From Pelagomonas calceolata (lineage: Eukaryota), in NCBI GenBank assembly GCA_918797485.1, contig CAKKNE010000002.1:5208001-5272000 (forward strand): DNA of 64,000 nt, in the 5' to 3' direction. Below are positions 53,501 through 64,000 of this stretch, one piece after another. The first letter of the stretch is position 1. Every line of letters starts with the position of its first letter. The position numbers were made by a program, and so were the translations under genes. Under the pieces are notes generated by a model. It made no database searches, was not told the DNA's origin, and saw only the letters and a list, made by a program, of their open reading frames with translations.

Positions 53501-56500
53501 ACGGCGTTCGACAACGTCATGGCCGAGGCGACGGCCATCGAGGACGCGAACGCGAACATCGTCATGAGCGCGAACAACCTGGGCGGCCTGGGCCCCGACT
53601 CGGGCGCCGAGGAGATCCGCCTCGAGGGCTACTACCGGCTGCCCGACGGCACGGTCCTGGACATGGTCGTCCGCGTCAAGGACGGCTCGACGTACCAGTC
53701 CGAGGACACGTCGCAGAACGGCCTCTACGGCGACGGCATGACGGCGCTGGTCAACGTCAAGGACGACACGAGCGTCACGGTCACCGTGTCGCTGGAGGCC
53801 TCGGTCGGCGACTTCGAGTTCGAGAACCAGTGGTACATGTCCCTGTACGACTTCGACACGCAGAAGAACGCGGACCGCCAGGTCGAGGAGGCCTGCATCG
53901 ACGACGACCAGTACGCGGACATCGCCGCGTTCTGCGAGGCGCTCACCGTGACGCGGGGCCTGCCGAACTCGTGCGACGGCACGCGCACGGACGTCACGCA
54001 CACGACGATCGTGGCCACGGGCGTGGGCTTCGGCTGCGACAACCCGCTCGACGCGATGGACCTCGGGACGATCGAGTGCGCGGACTGCCAGCAGTGCCTG
54101 GACCAGCCGAGCATCTCCCAATATTTCCCCGTGAACCAGAAGGAGCGCGCCGTCATGTTCCGGTTCCCCGAGGGCGCCGAGTCCTTCGACATCACGTTCT
54201 CGGTGACGTGCACGGACTGCGTGTTTACGGGCGGTAGAGCTTTCCACATCGGCACGACGTCGAACATGTGCGAGGCCGACGCGAGGCGGCGCCTCGCGAA
54301 CGTCAATTATCTGGATGAGGCGCCCGTCAACTACCTGGCCGAGGCGCCGCCGCACTACGTGCGCGCGCGCGTGCTGTACGTGCCCGGCGAGCCGAGCGAG
54401 ATGAGGAGGCGCATGGCCGAGCTCCAGTCGAGCTTCCCGCCCTGCCCGGCCTACGAGCACTGCATGCAGCTCGTAGCCGGTTTGACGCACGGCGAGGCGA
54501 CGCAACTCGAAGGCGCCGACGACGTCCAATTAGATCCCGGGAGTATCGCGGACTACGTGGGCCAGCACGTCGTCAAGAAGCTGACGGAGGACTATAACGT
54601 GCCCGCCGAGGCCATCACGGACACGTTCTTTGGGATCTACGGAGGCGTCAACGCGACGCCCTTCCCGACGAGCGCGGGCTGGAAGCCCTACCGCAAGACG
54701 GACAAGGGCGTGGACGCGGCGGCGCTGGGCGGCGGCATCGCCGCGGGCGTCGTCGTGCTCTTCACGATTCTCTGTTCGCTCGCCGGCTTAGCGAGTGGCC
54801 ACGCGATGGACTGGAAGGACTGGCTGCAGCTCGAGGTGGCCTGCCTGGCGTCTTCTCTAGACTACGCCTTTGCGCTGGACGCCTATATTCAGGGCGTGCC
54901 CGTCGCCTGGTGGGGCCTGTCGAACATCATCTCGATGATTAGGTTTATCGTGGCTTTAACTACTTTAGACAAGGCCATCCGGCAGCGGGTCCACGAGGTC
55001 GGCTTCGACCAGGAGCTCATGGACCTGGCCGGGCCGGGGCCCTACGCTTACTTGCGGGCTTGTTTCGTCGGTACGCTCGCGTGCACCCATGCTCTAGATT
55101 TGGCAAGGTTACTTGACATCCCGCAACTAGAAGAAATAGACCACCCGGGCACGATGTGGGTCGACCTCAACGCGCATTTGACGCAGCTCATCCTCAAGGT
55201 GGGCTTCATGGCCGTGCTGGGCCACACGAACTACGGCGTGGCCAAGATCGCCATGGTCGGCATTGTGTTTGACCTCGCGAGCGTCGCGGACCTGGTGCAC
55301 CGACGGCTGCACCCGCGGCGGCGGCGCCCGCGGCCGAAGCCCGAGGAGATCGTCAAGGACTTTACGTCCATCGAGGTCGAGACGGAGGAGAGCAACGCGA
55401 TCGACGAGGACGCCTTCCAGGCGCACTGCGCGGCGGAGATCGCGGCGGGGCGCATGCACGCGCCCCATTCGCCCCGGCGGGCCGAAGGTTTGGAGATGGA
55501 GAAGAAGTCTATTGTACAGAGGATCTGCGACTGGTGCCGCCGCGAGGAGGACATCCTCGCCGACAAGCTCTCGGACCATTCGAGCTTCGACGACATCGCG
55601 GCGGGCGAGGACATCGGCGAGCCCCTGCTCAAGCCGAAGCGCCACTCGTTCGCGCGGCGGTTACTATCTTTTGTGACAGAAGAAGTGTCGGACGAGCTGG
55701 CCGAGCACAACATCGGGAGGAAGCAGACGGGGCCGACCTGGGGCGACCTCGACGACGAGGGCGGCGGCGGCGAGGAAGCCGGCGCCGCGGAGGAGAAGAC
55801 GGGCGAGGAAAAAGACGAGCCCGACGACGTCGTCGTCGTGCCGGGCTCGGGCGCTTTGTCTGAGGACGACGCGGGCTTCAACGAGGCCTTGTTGGCAGCC
55901 AAAGTCCGGGCCGCCGCGCCAACATCTCAAAATGCCGGCCTCGACGAGGACGACGCCCTCGTCAACGAGGCGCTGCTCGCGGCCAAGGTCCGCGCCGCCG
56001 GCGCGCCATCCCCAAGACCTGCCAGGCCCGCTTGGCAGGTCGACGCGACGTCCGACGCGCCGGCGCACCAGGGCCAGGCGTTGGACGAAGACGACGCCGG
56101 CTTCAACGAGGCACTGCTCGCGGCCAAAGTCCGCGCGGCCGCCGACGAGGATGTGCCGCGCGACCTACCGCGCGACCAGCTGCGCGCGGCCGTGGCGCGC
56201 GCCGAGGAGCTGGTGGCGCGGTCGCGGGGCCATCCGGAGGAGCCGCGCGCGAGAGAGCTCCTGGCGGAAGCCAAGGCCGAGCTCGCGCGCCAGGAGGCGC
56301 CCTCGCCCGCCGCCAAGGTCGCGCCAGCGGCGACACCGCCGGCCTCGCCTCCAATCCGCCGCGAGGAACCCACCTCCCAGGCGGCGCCGGCCACGCCGGC
56401 CGCCGCCGCGCCCGTGCGCCACCACCGCCGCAAGGCGAAGGCGCCCGCGCCGGCCGCCGCTGCGCGCCCGGGCAGCGCCTACTCGCCCGCGCCGGCCGCC

Positions 56501-57121
56501 GCGCGCCCGGGCAGCAGCTACTGGGCCCAGCGCGCCGCCGACGCGCCGCCGCCGCCGCCAACGCCGCCGGCGCCGCCGCCCGCCGAGCCGCAGTACCGCT
56601 CGGACACGCCGACGCGCCAGACGCTCGCGACTGTGCGCGATGCGACCGCGCCACCGCCCCAGGCGCCGCCGCGCGCCTGGGCTACTGGAGCTGCCGCCGT
56701 TCGCGACACGTCGCGGACGCCGCGGCCGCCGTCCTACGCGGGAACCTCGCGCACGCCGCCACGCGGCGTCGCCGAGTCCAAGTCCTCGGAGCCGGGCGAA
56801 GACTTCTTGGCGGACATGCGCGAGGCGGCGTCGCCGACGCCTGCGCCGGCGCCGGCGCGCCGACGCACCGGCGGCGCGCGCGAGGCGGCGTCACCGACGC
56901 CCGCGCCCGCGGCGCCGACGCTGCGGCCGACGCCGCGGCGCCGCGCGGCGCCGGCCGACGACCCGCGCCTGGCGCAGTACCGCCGCATGCTGCTGATGCG
57001 GCTGCCGCGCGGCATGGTCGAGGCGCAGATGCGCGCGGACGGCCTCGACCCGGCGCTACTGGACCGCGACGCGACGCGCGACGGCCTCGCCGACGCGTCG
57101 CACATGGACGCCGAGCTCTAG
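38581..57121 (+). CDS. Giant (~6,138 aa) multi-pass cell-surface protein, 2 exons (intron 40434-40557): VCBS/FG-GAP repeats, PT stalks, PARCEL/DUF285-like repeats, TM bundle, Pro-rich tail
   Basis: N-terminal hydrophobic leader; DxDGDGDxD repeats; FGxSVAIDGDTIVVGA repeats; WDVSQVTSMKNMF repeats; ~5-6 hydrophobic helices at ~54720-55300; splicing restores IAW|YEN. Confidence 0.88.
52091..52560 (+). repeat. Coding tandem repeat, 129-bp (43-aa) unit, ~3.5 copies
   Basis: PAPSVAPGAPTARPVFAPTPRPSALPTPAPLPAPTPTPSAKPT units start at 52091, 52220 and 52349. Confidence 0.85.
52583..54275 (+). repeat. Tandem duplication of a ~260-aa Cys-containing domain
   Basis: CxCPTAFDNVMAEATAIED...GGRAFHIGTTSNxCE occurs at ~52583-53375 and ~53486-54275 with long identical DNA stretches. 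Confidence 0.9.
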
Positions 57122-57256
57122 CTAGCTCGCGCGCACCCAATTCATTCACGACCCCTCTCCCCCCTTAACAGCACGTGAAAAAAATACTCCATGGAGTCGT
57201 ATTGTATTTCTTGCCTTAGGCTTCCCCTGCCGGCGGACGGCGTCTCGCGGGCTCGC

Positions 57257-58500
57257 TCAACCAACCAGGTGGAGGCCGTGCTCCCTTCTGATGATCTCGC
57301 GCCAGATGTTGAGGCGCAGGACCTTCACGCCGTCGAGCAGAGGCACCGTGAACTTGGCCTCCGCTTCGAGTGCCCTATCGACTTGGACTCCGCGGAACAC
57401 CATCTTGAAATATAGGGCGCGCTCGTCGTCGTCGAGCGTGTTCATGAGGTCCGCAAATTCCTGCTTCTCGCCGGCGGACGGCGGCCGCGTAGAGATGTGT
57501 GGCCCAAGGACGCGGTCGACGAGGCCCTTGTATTCGAGGTCGACCACGAAGCCCTCTCTCCCGAAGCCCTCTCTCAGCAGCACTCTCCACAGGAACGTAG
57601 CGTCGTAGTTTGGTGTCTCTATCTGACGCCGCGGGGCTTCCCACTCAAATCTTGTGATGCGAAGGCGATCCCGCAGGTCCGAGAGCGCCAGTGGTGATTC
57701 CCAGCCCTGCGGCGGCGCGACGCCGAGGAGCGAGCTAGCCCAGTCGGTGCCCATGATGGTCCAGCCCCCCGTCAAGTTGTCGTTCGCCTCGACGATCTTC
57801 TGCGCGATCTGGCGAAGAAGGGGCACGGGCAGGAAGTCGCAGGCCCGAGGCAGGCGCGCCAGCCGATTCGGAGCAAATTTCAGGACCCCGGCTTCGATGG
57901 CATTGAAGCGGATTTTGCCATTCTCCGCGATGTCTTGTTCGAGCATGCCAGAGGCGTTGAGCGCCCGAATCACCGGATCGACGCTCTCGGAGACCTGTGC
58001 ATAAATCAAATTGTCGCGACGCGTCGCCCGACTCACTGGTTAATTTGCGCACAGTCGGAGACCGCCGGGCCGGAGCATGTGACCGTGACGGCCGCGAAGG
58101 AGACGTGCTGCTCCACGTCCGAGTCGACGTCGTCGGGCCACTCTCGCGCACCGTCGTCGCGGGCGTCGTCCCTTCCGATCAAGCTGAGCTCCAGGATGCC
58201 CCCGGAAGGGCCGCGGCAACAATCGAACGGCGGCGGCTCCTGGCCCAGGTACGCAATGCCGTAGTGCTCACCCTCGCCGCCGTATATCCCCGGCGTAATG
58301 TCGCTGCTATGAGAGGAGATCGCGTACACGTGCAGGGGCGCGCCGACCTTCGCCGCCGCGTCGCGCCAGAGGCGGGAAGAGCACGAGAGGCGGCCGAGCC
58401 CACGCGGCGCGAGGAGAGCGAGCGCCGCGGCAACCGGCTCGGCGGCGCGCGCGTTGTTGGACTCTGCCCGGCGCGTTAATGCGTCCTGAGTCTCGGGCAT
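57257..58500 (-). CDS. Hypothetical F-box-like protein, 2 exons (intron 57995-58062)
   Basis: AALALLAPRGLGRLSCSSRLWR; exons of 438 and 738 nt join in frame through the TSD-derived GT donor. Confidence 0.75.
57995..58054 (-). mobile_element. Introner-like element (intron-generating MITE)
   Basis: TIR CTGTGC..AAAT.AA at both ends; perfect 8-bp TSD GTCTCCGA (minus strand) at 58055-58062 and 57987-57994; GT comes from the TSD and AG from the TIR. Confidence 0.88.
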
Positions 58501-60309
58501 GGTGAATCGTTCTATGGTGAAGGCCCACTGAAGGCCCTGATTTGCTCACAATTCGCCTAGGCGCGCCCGCGCGGAGCCGAAAAGGCGGTCAGCTAGCGGT
58601 GTAAGACACTAGCAAGCACGAACGCGCTGCAGCCGTTCGAGTATCCTTCCGTCCGTTTGTGGTCCAAAGAGATCAATGGGACACATACTGGGGGCCAAAA
58701 AAATTAATTTTTTTAATTCGCGATAAAGACGACGCCACCATGACGGCCGCGTCGGTGGAATCCTGTCAATCCGTGGTCCCGAGGTCTCCCGCAAGTCGCT
58801 TTTGGTCGGTACGAGACGTGCGCAAGCGCCTACACCGCATGCGCGGGCGCTTCCATCGGTACATATATATGGCAACTCTCCCAGCCAGCCATCGGGCCAG
58901 AGCCCAAGTCCCCCAAGTTTTGGATCAGAGCTCTCTGGAGAGCCCCAAGCACTGGCGCATGCGGTCTAGGGGACCACCCGACCCCAGATCTATCCCAGAG
59001 CGAGTCCGGGCTCCGATCTGCATCCGAAAAAAGTAAGTAATTTGGACCCGATGGCACCTCGTTCCCGTCAAAAACGGCAAATACCCGAGGGCCCCCAGTA
59101 GTCGCCGTAGCGGTCTCGTTGGACCCTATACTACCCCAGCGATAGTCAATTACAAGTATATGACATCTACACTACGAGAAGGGTACTTTGGACTGCCCAC
59201 GCTCGGGACGTGAACATCTGCATCTGGACCTCGCGTAAGTCAGTCGATGATAGAACAAATGATCGCGTCATGGTCCATGGTGAAGGTACACGGGATGATG
59301 GTCGCAGGTCTGAGTAACTCGCCCGAATAGGCGAGATATTGGGGGCCCGCGATGGACAAGCCGCCGGGAGCTTCCGGAACAAAAAATGCAATGTAGTTCA
59401 CGCTCAGGCCGGTTATCTGGCCCGTCCCACACCCGAAGCGCCTGAAACGCAAATTTATTTTATAAACCACCGGTCTGGGGCCTTTCCCGCCCTCCGTCTA
59501 CGCACCGTCGTCCGCGGAGAACGGGCAAGTCGGTCGATCGTGAATAGAACAACGGCGTTATGGTCCATCTGGGGGGTGCCGTCGCTGATACTCGCAGGTG
59601 TAGGTTCTGAGCCCATCTTTGTCTAATCTTGGGGTCGCGAAGACGAAGAATCGTGAGGCTCTAACGGAATATCTAAAATAGCTCAGTGGGCGCTGATGCG
59701 GGTTAGATGGACTCTACCACTAACAAACGGAAGGAAACGAACATAAACGCGAGAGTTGTCTAGTAGAATTCTTCTCCCGCCCTCCGAGCGCGGGCCGTCG
59801 GCTCCGGTTCCGTCGAACTTGTATGAAAACTGAGCTGGAGTTGATATGATGTACCAATTAGATAGTAGAAGGCGGCGTCAATCGCTGGTGTATTTTGGCG
59901 AGCCGTAAGACTCATCCGCGAATGTCGCGGGCGGTGCCTTCCGGGAGGCGCGAGGGTATGTTCCCGGGCCGCTACTCTGAACCATTTGGTCTCGGCGAAC
60001 GACTAGGATGTATTCTGAATTTGGGTGATTATTTTGACGCTATCGACGCGTATCTTTAAATTTTCTAGTAAGTCGCTACGCTAGCTTCCTTTCTGCACCT
60101 TTCACTACTTGCTCTACAAGTGCGGATCTGGGAATTGGCCGGCGGTTCGGCGGGACTTCCGGGAGCCGCGAGGGTGTGTTCCATGCGTCGATGGCGTCGA
60201 GGGACGAGTCCACGCCGTCGCCGCCCCACGAGAGGTGGGTGCAAGTTTTGTTTTTTAGGTTTCGGGGGCACGCGCTGGCCCCCCACATCCATCATCGCGA
60301 TATGTCGAT

Positions 60310-61643
60310 CTACTCCTTCACGACGCGGCCGTAGAAGATGCCCTTGGACAGGACCTTCTTCGGCGTCTTCGAGCCGAGGTCCGTGTCCGACGCCTGCGAC
60401 GACACGAAGACGCCGCCGACCTCGCCCTCGGCCGCGTTGACGTTCGAGACGGCGAACTCGATCGTGCCGTCAAAGACGTCGAAGACCTTGTTGATCTCGT
60501 TCTCGAGCTCGGCCTGGCCGTCGAGGCCCGTCTGCGACGCGGCGAGCGCCTGGGCCTGGTCGTAGCCCGTCGTCATGCCGCGGCCCTTCGGGTCCAAGAA
60601 GAGGCCCGTCCGGTACGAGGGCACCTTGAAGGAGCCGCCGAACTCGTAGCCCGGCTTGAAGGCGCCGCCCGAGCCCTTCGCGACGAGCTCCTTGATCGTG
60701 AAGAGGAAGGGCACGCGCTCGCCGCCCGGGAGCTGCACCGTCGTCGGCGCGTAGTCGATGCCGTCCTCCTCCGTGAACGTGATGCCGCCGCCGCCTTCCA
60801 GCTTGCCCGAGATGCCGTCGAGCGTGTACGTCTGGCGCGTCATGAGCTTCGTGTTGACGAACTGCTTCGTCACGTCGCCCTTCTTGTTCGCGACCTCCTC
60901 CTCGACCTGCCACGTCTTGGGCTCGAGGCAGAAGTCGACCATCTGCATCTTGCCGCTCACCGTGATCGAGTCCTTGCCCTGGACCTCGTTGCACCGGTTG
61001 GCCAGGCCCGTGCCCTTGACCTGCTCGTACGAGAGCTGGTTGCGCACGTCGCTCGTGATCGCGTGCGCCGCGACGGGGCCGCCGAGGACCGTGGCGCCGG
61101 CGAGGACGGCGGCCGCGGCGTCGGAGGCCATCTTCTTGGCCACCTACGGGGTGTTTTCGTGAGTTTTCGTGGGGCGCGTGGGGCGGGGCGGGGGAGGCGG
61201 GCCAGCGTCTGATTTGTGTCTGGAGCTCGTCCGCATCGGAGCCCGTCTCTCTCTCGCGTTTCCGCAACCAACGCCAGCTTTTTGGCTCAACGTGGCGCCG
61301 TGGGGTGTGTGAGACCGTCGGGGCGCGCCGTCCAGCCGCCGCGGCGTGAGCTGTGTCCGGTGCAGCACGTCCGGTGTCGGAGAGCTCTTCGGCGCTCGCG
61401 GGCTTTTCACCCTTGAAACGCATCCGTGCCATTGCTTTTGTGCTGCGCGCAGCACGCGGCGAGGCTAGAGAGCTATCTCGTCGCACAGGGGCCACCTCGG
61501 ACGTCGCCAGCTGGCTTTTTGAGCAGGATTGCAAATGCCACCGCACGGCCAAAATCTACGCGACGCGCGGCTCGTTTTCTCACCTTCGGCTGCGACGGCG
61601 CCAGGGCCGCGGCGCCCATCGCTAATGCCAGAACGGCCTTCAT
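60310..61643 (-). CDS. psbO: Photosystem II oxygen-evolving enhancer protein 1, 2 exons (61584-61643 and 60310-61143)
   Basis: LSYEQVKGTGLANRC, EEDGIDYAPTTVQLPGGERVPFLF, VPSYRTGLFLDPKGRG, SDTDLG; exon 1 MKAVLALAMGAAALAPSQPK then GTGAGA donor; acceptor TAG at 61144-61146; thylakoid AxA site. Confidence 0.96.
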
Positions 61644-61985
61644 CCTTGCGACGCAATTAGCTAATTTGCGCCCTCTTGCACCAGCAAGCTTGTGTGAGCT
61701 TCGAGTTTTGCGAGGTCCCGATTTCGCGCGTTTGAGGACTCGTTACGCGCGCGAGCCCGTAGGGCAGCCCCTGGGAGGGCTCTAAACGGCTGTCGCGATT
61801 TCGGACGGGTTCAGCCTGCAAATTAAGGCCGCTAATAAGGCGTACTGCGCATGTGCTGGCGTTCGCAGGACGATTAAGGCTGTCTCTGATCACTGCTATT
61901 GCATGCCGGCAGCGGTTTGCAAAGCTTCGAAGCCTAGGACCTCGTTAAAGCCTCACAAGCAAGGAGAGCGCAAAAGCCAGGCTGC

Positions 61986-64000
61986 ATGATGCGCCCGCTC
62001 ATAATAGTCCTCGCCACGCTGGCCGCAGCCAAGGACCTCCAGAAATTGCTAAGGCAAATGACGCTGGAAGAAAAATTAGGACTGCTCCACGGGTCGCCGA
62101 GCAACTACACCGGCGCCACGACAGCAATCACGCGCCTCGGCGTCCCGCGGCTGCTCCTGAACGACGGGCCCCAGGGCTTCCGCGCGCCGCCTTCGTTAGA
62201 CGGCACGTCCACGGCCTTCCCGAGCGGCCTCGCCGTCGCCGCGACGTTCGACGATGCGCTCGCGGCGACGTGGGCCGCGACGATCGCGTCCGAGTTCGCA
62301 AAAAAGGGCGCGACCGTGTTATTGGGGCCGGGGCTCAACGTCGCGCGCGTTCCTTTCAATGGTCGCAATTTTGAATATTGCAGCGGCGAGGACCCCTACC
62401 TCGGCGCACGGATGGCCTCTGCAATTATCCCGGCGATCCAGTCCCAGAATGTCATAGCGACGGCGAAGCATTATGTGTTGAACAACCAGGAGACGGGTAG
62501 AGTGGGAGCCGATTCTATCATCGACGAGCGCACGTGGCGCGAGATCTACCTGCCGCCCTTCGAGAGCGCGGTCGCGCATGGCGCGCTGTCCGCGATGTGC
62601 AGCTACAACCGTATTACGTTGGATAACGTGACGGCCTGGGCCTGCGGGCACCGGTGTGGAAATCAACCAGCGACGTCGCGTCGCATGGAAATTCCACGCC
62701 ATCGAGCTGCTGCAGTTACGTAGCTGCGTCTGCGCGATGGTGTGGCGATTCCACGCCATCGACGCGACGTCGTCCCCGTGACCGCGTCGGCTCGATGGCG
62801 TGGAGGCTCATTAAGGTCCACGCAATATTTCTCAGGGGGACAAAATCGCGTCGATGGCGTCGGGCGTCCGAAATCTGATTTCCACGCAGGCGAGCACCCC
62901 ACGACGCTCCAGCACCTCAAGGAACAGTCATCAGTATTCGTCATGAGCGACTGGCTCGCGACGCACTCGACGCAAGCTATTGTCAAAGGCCTGGACCAGG
63001 AGATGCCCTCCGACTTCTACTTTGGGAGCAGGCTGCGGGACGCCGTGGAGAGCGGCGCCGTCGACGAAGCTACGATAGATGCGGCTTCACTAAATGTCTT
63101 GCGGGCGATGCAGACAATAGGGGCCCTCGGCCGCGCGCCGCGCGGCGACTTGATGAAGGACGTGTCGACGCCAGCGAATAGAGATATCGCGCGGCGCGTC
63201 GCGGCGCATGCGATCGTGCTGCTCAAGAACAACAACATCCTGCCGCTGCGCACGTGCGCGGGCCTCGTCGTACTCGGCGACCTGCAAAACTACACCGTCG
63301 GCGGCGGCTCGGGTAGGGTGGTGGGCCGCACCGTGTCCCTGACCGATGCGTTCGAAACGCGCTGCGGTATTGTGGAGGCCTACGCCGATCTAGAGTCTGA
63401 AAAAGCACAAGACGCCGTCGCGACGGCCACCAACGTATTGGTAGTGACCGGCTCACAATCGACGGAGGGCGCGGACCGCTCTACATTAGCTCTAGACGGC
63501 GAAGCGATGATCGACGCAGCGGCAAAGCTGAATCACAACATTATTGTAGCGTGCGCGGCGCCGGGCGCCTTCCTCACAGGATGGCGCGATAGCGTCCAAG
63601 CCATCCTAACGACGTGGCCCGGCGGCCAGGAGCTCGCCCATGCGTTGGTCGACGTCCTTTTTGGGGAGGTGAATCCCAGTGCGAGGCTGCCTTTGACATT
63701 GCCGATGACGGAGACCGACCTCAAGTTCACGCAGCGGATGTATCCTGGTCTACCGGACCCGGCACCTCCGAAAGGCTGCGCGGACCCATGCTTGCGCGTT
63801 TTCTATGATGAAAAGTTGGAGGTCGGGTACCGACGCTACGACTCCCATAACATCGAGCCGGCCTACGCCTTCGGCCACGGGCGGTCCTACACGTCCTTTG
63901 TCTATGGGAATTTGACCGTGTCTCTCTCTCAAGTTACTTTCGACGTGCGCAACATTGGTGGAGTCGCGGGCGCCGAGGTCGCGCAGCTCTATGTGGTCCC
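61986..64000 (+). CDS. Secreted glycoside hydrolase family 3 beta-glucosidase, 3'-truncated; intron 62644-62889 (GC-AG)
   Basis: MTLEEK, DGPQG, GRNFEY..EDPYL, KHYVLNNQE, MCSYN, FVMSDW, GLDQEMP, NPSARLP, FGHG.SYT, GAEVAQLYV. Confidence 0.93.
62652..62889 (+). mobile_element. Introner-like element in the GH3 gene
   Basis: TIR CGGTGTGGAAATCA / TGATTTCCACGCAG; 8-bp TSD GCGGGCAC (62644-62651) vs GCGAGCAC (62890-62897); internal CGATGGCGT/ACGCCATCG inverted repeats. Confidence 0.85.

Noticed and set aside
40607..54529. Many long Arg/Gly-rich alternative-frame and antisense ORFs (for example 43816-47196, 48047-51070, 51413-54529)
   Set aside because: Shadow ORFs of a very GC-rich repetitive CDS; low complexity and no domain motifs.
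57995..58036. 42-nt GTGAGT...CAG intron
   Set aside because: It breaks the reading frame; the TSD-derived donor at 58062 keeps it.

Overview
Compact, GC-rich eukaryotic nuclear DNA from a photosynthetic stramenopile, most likely a pelagophyte of the Pelagomonas/Aureococcus type. This is inferred from a nuclear psbO with a signal + transit + thylakoid presequence, dense intron-poor genes and Introner-like introns. About 30 protein-coding genes are supported, including proteasome beta-1, a D27-like isomerase, UGGT, DnaJ-B, GH3, sulfotransferases, F-box-like proteins and a ~6,100-aa multi-pass surface protein. Two TIR/TSD-bounded non-autonomous DNA transposons, several transposon-derived introns and a recurrent CTAG-flanked intergenic motif are also present. 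Best candidates for new biology: (1) a Tudor-MBD-zinc finger-TET/JBP dioxygenase fusion, a putative methyl-DNA reader-oxidiser; (2) a WWE-C2-WH2x4-CA putative Arp2/3 activator; (3) the giant receptor, built from an unrecognised Cys module that takes whole domains in one loop; (4) an ATGA-overlapped ORF pair that may be bicistronic; (5) the repeated promoter-like motif. All domain calls come from motif recognition by eye; no searches were run.
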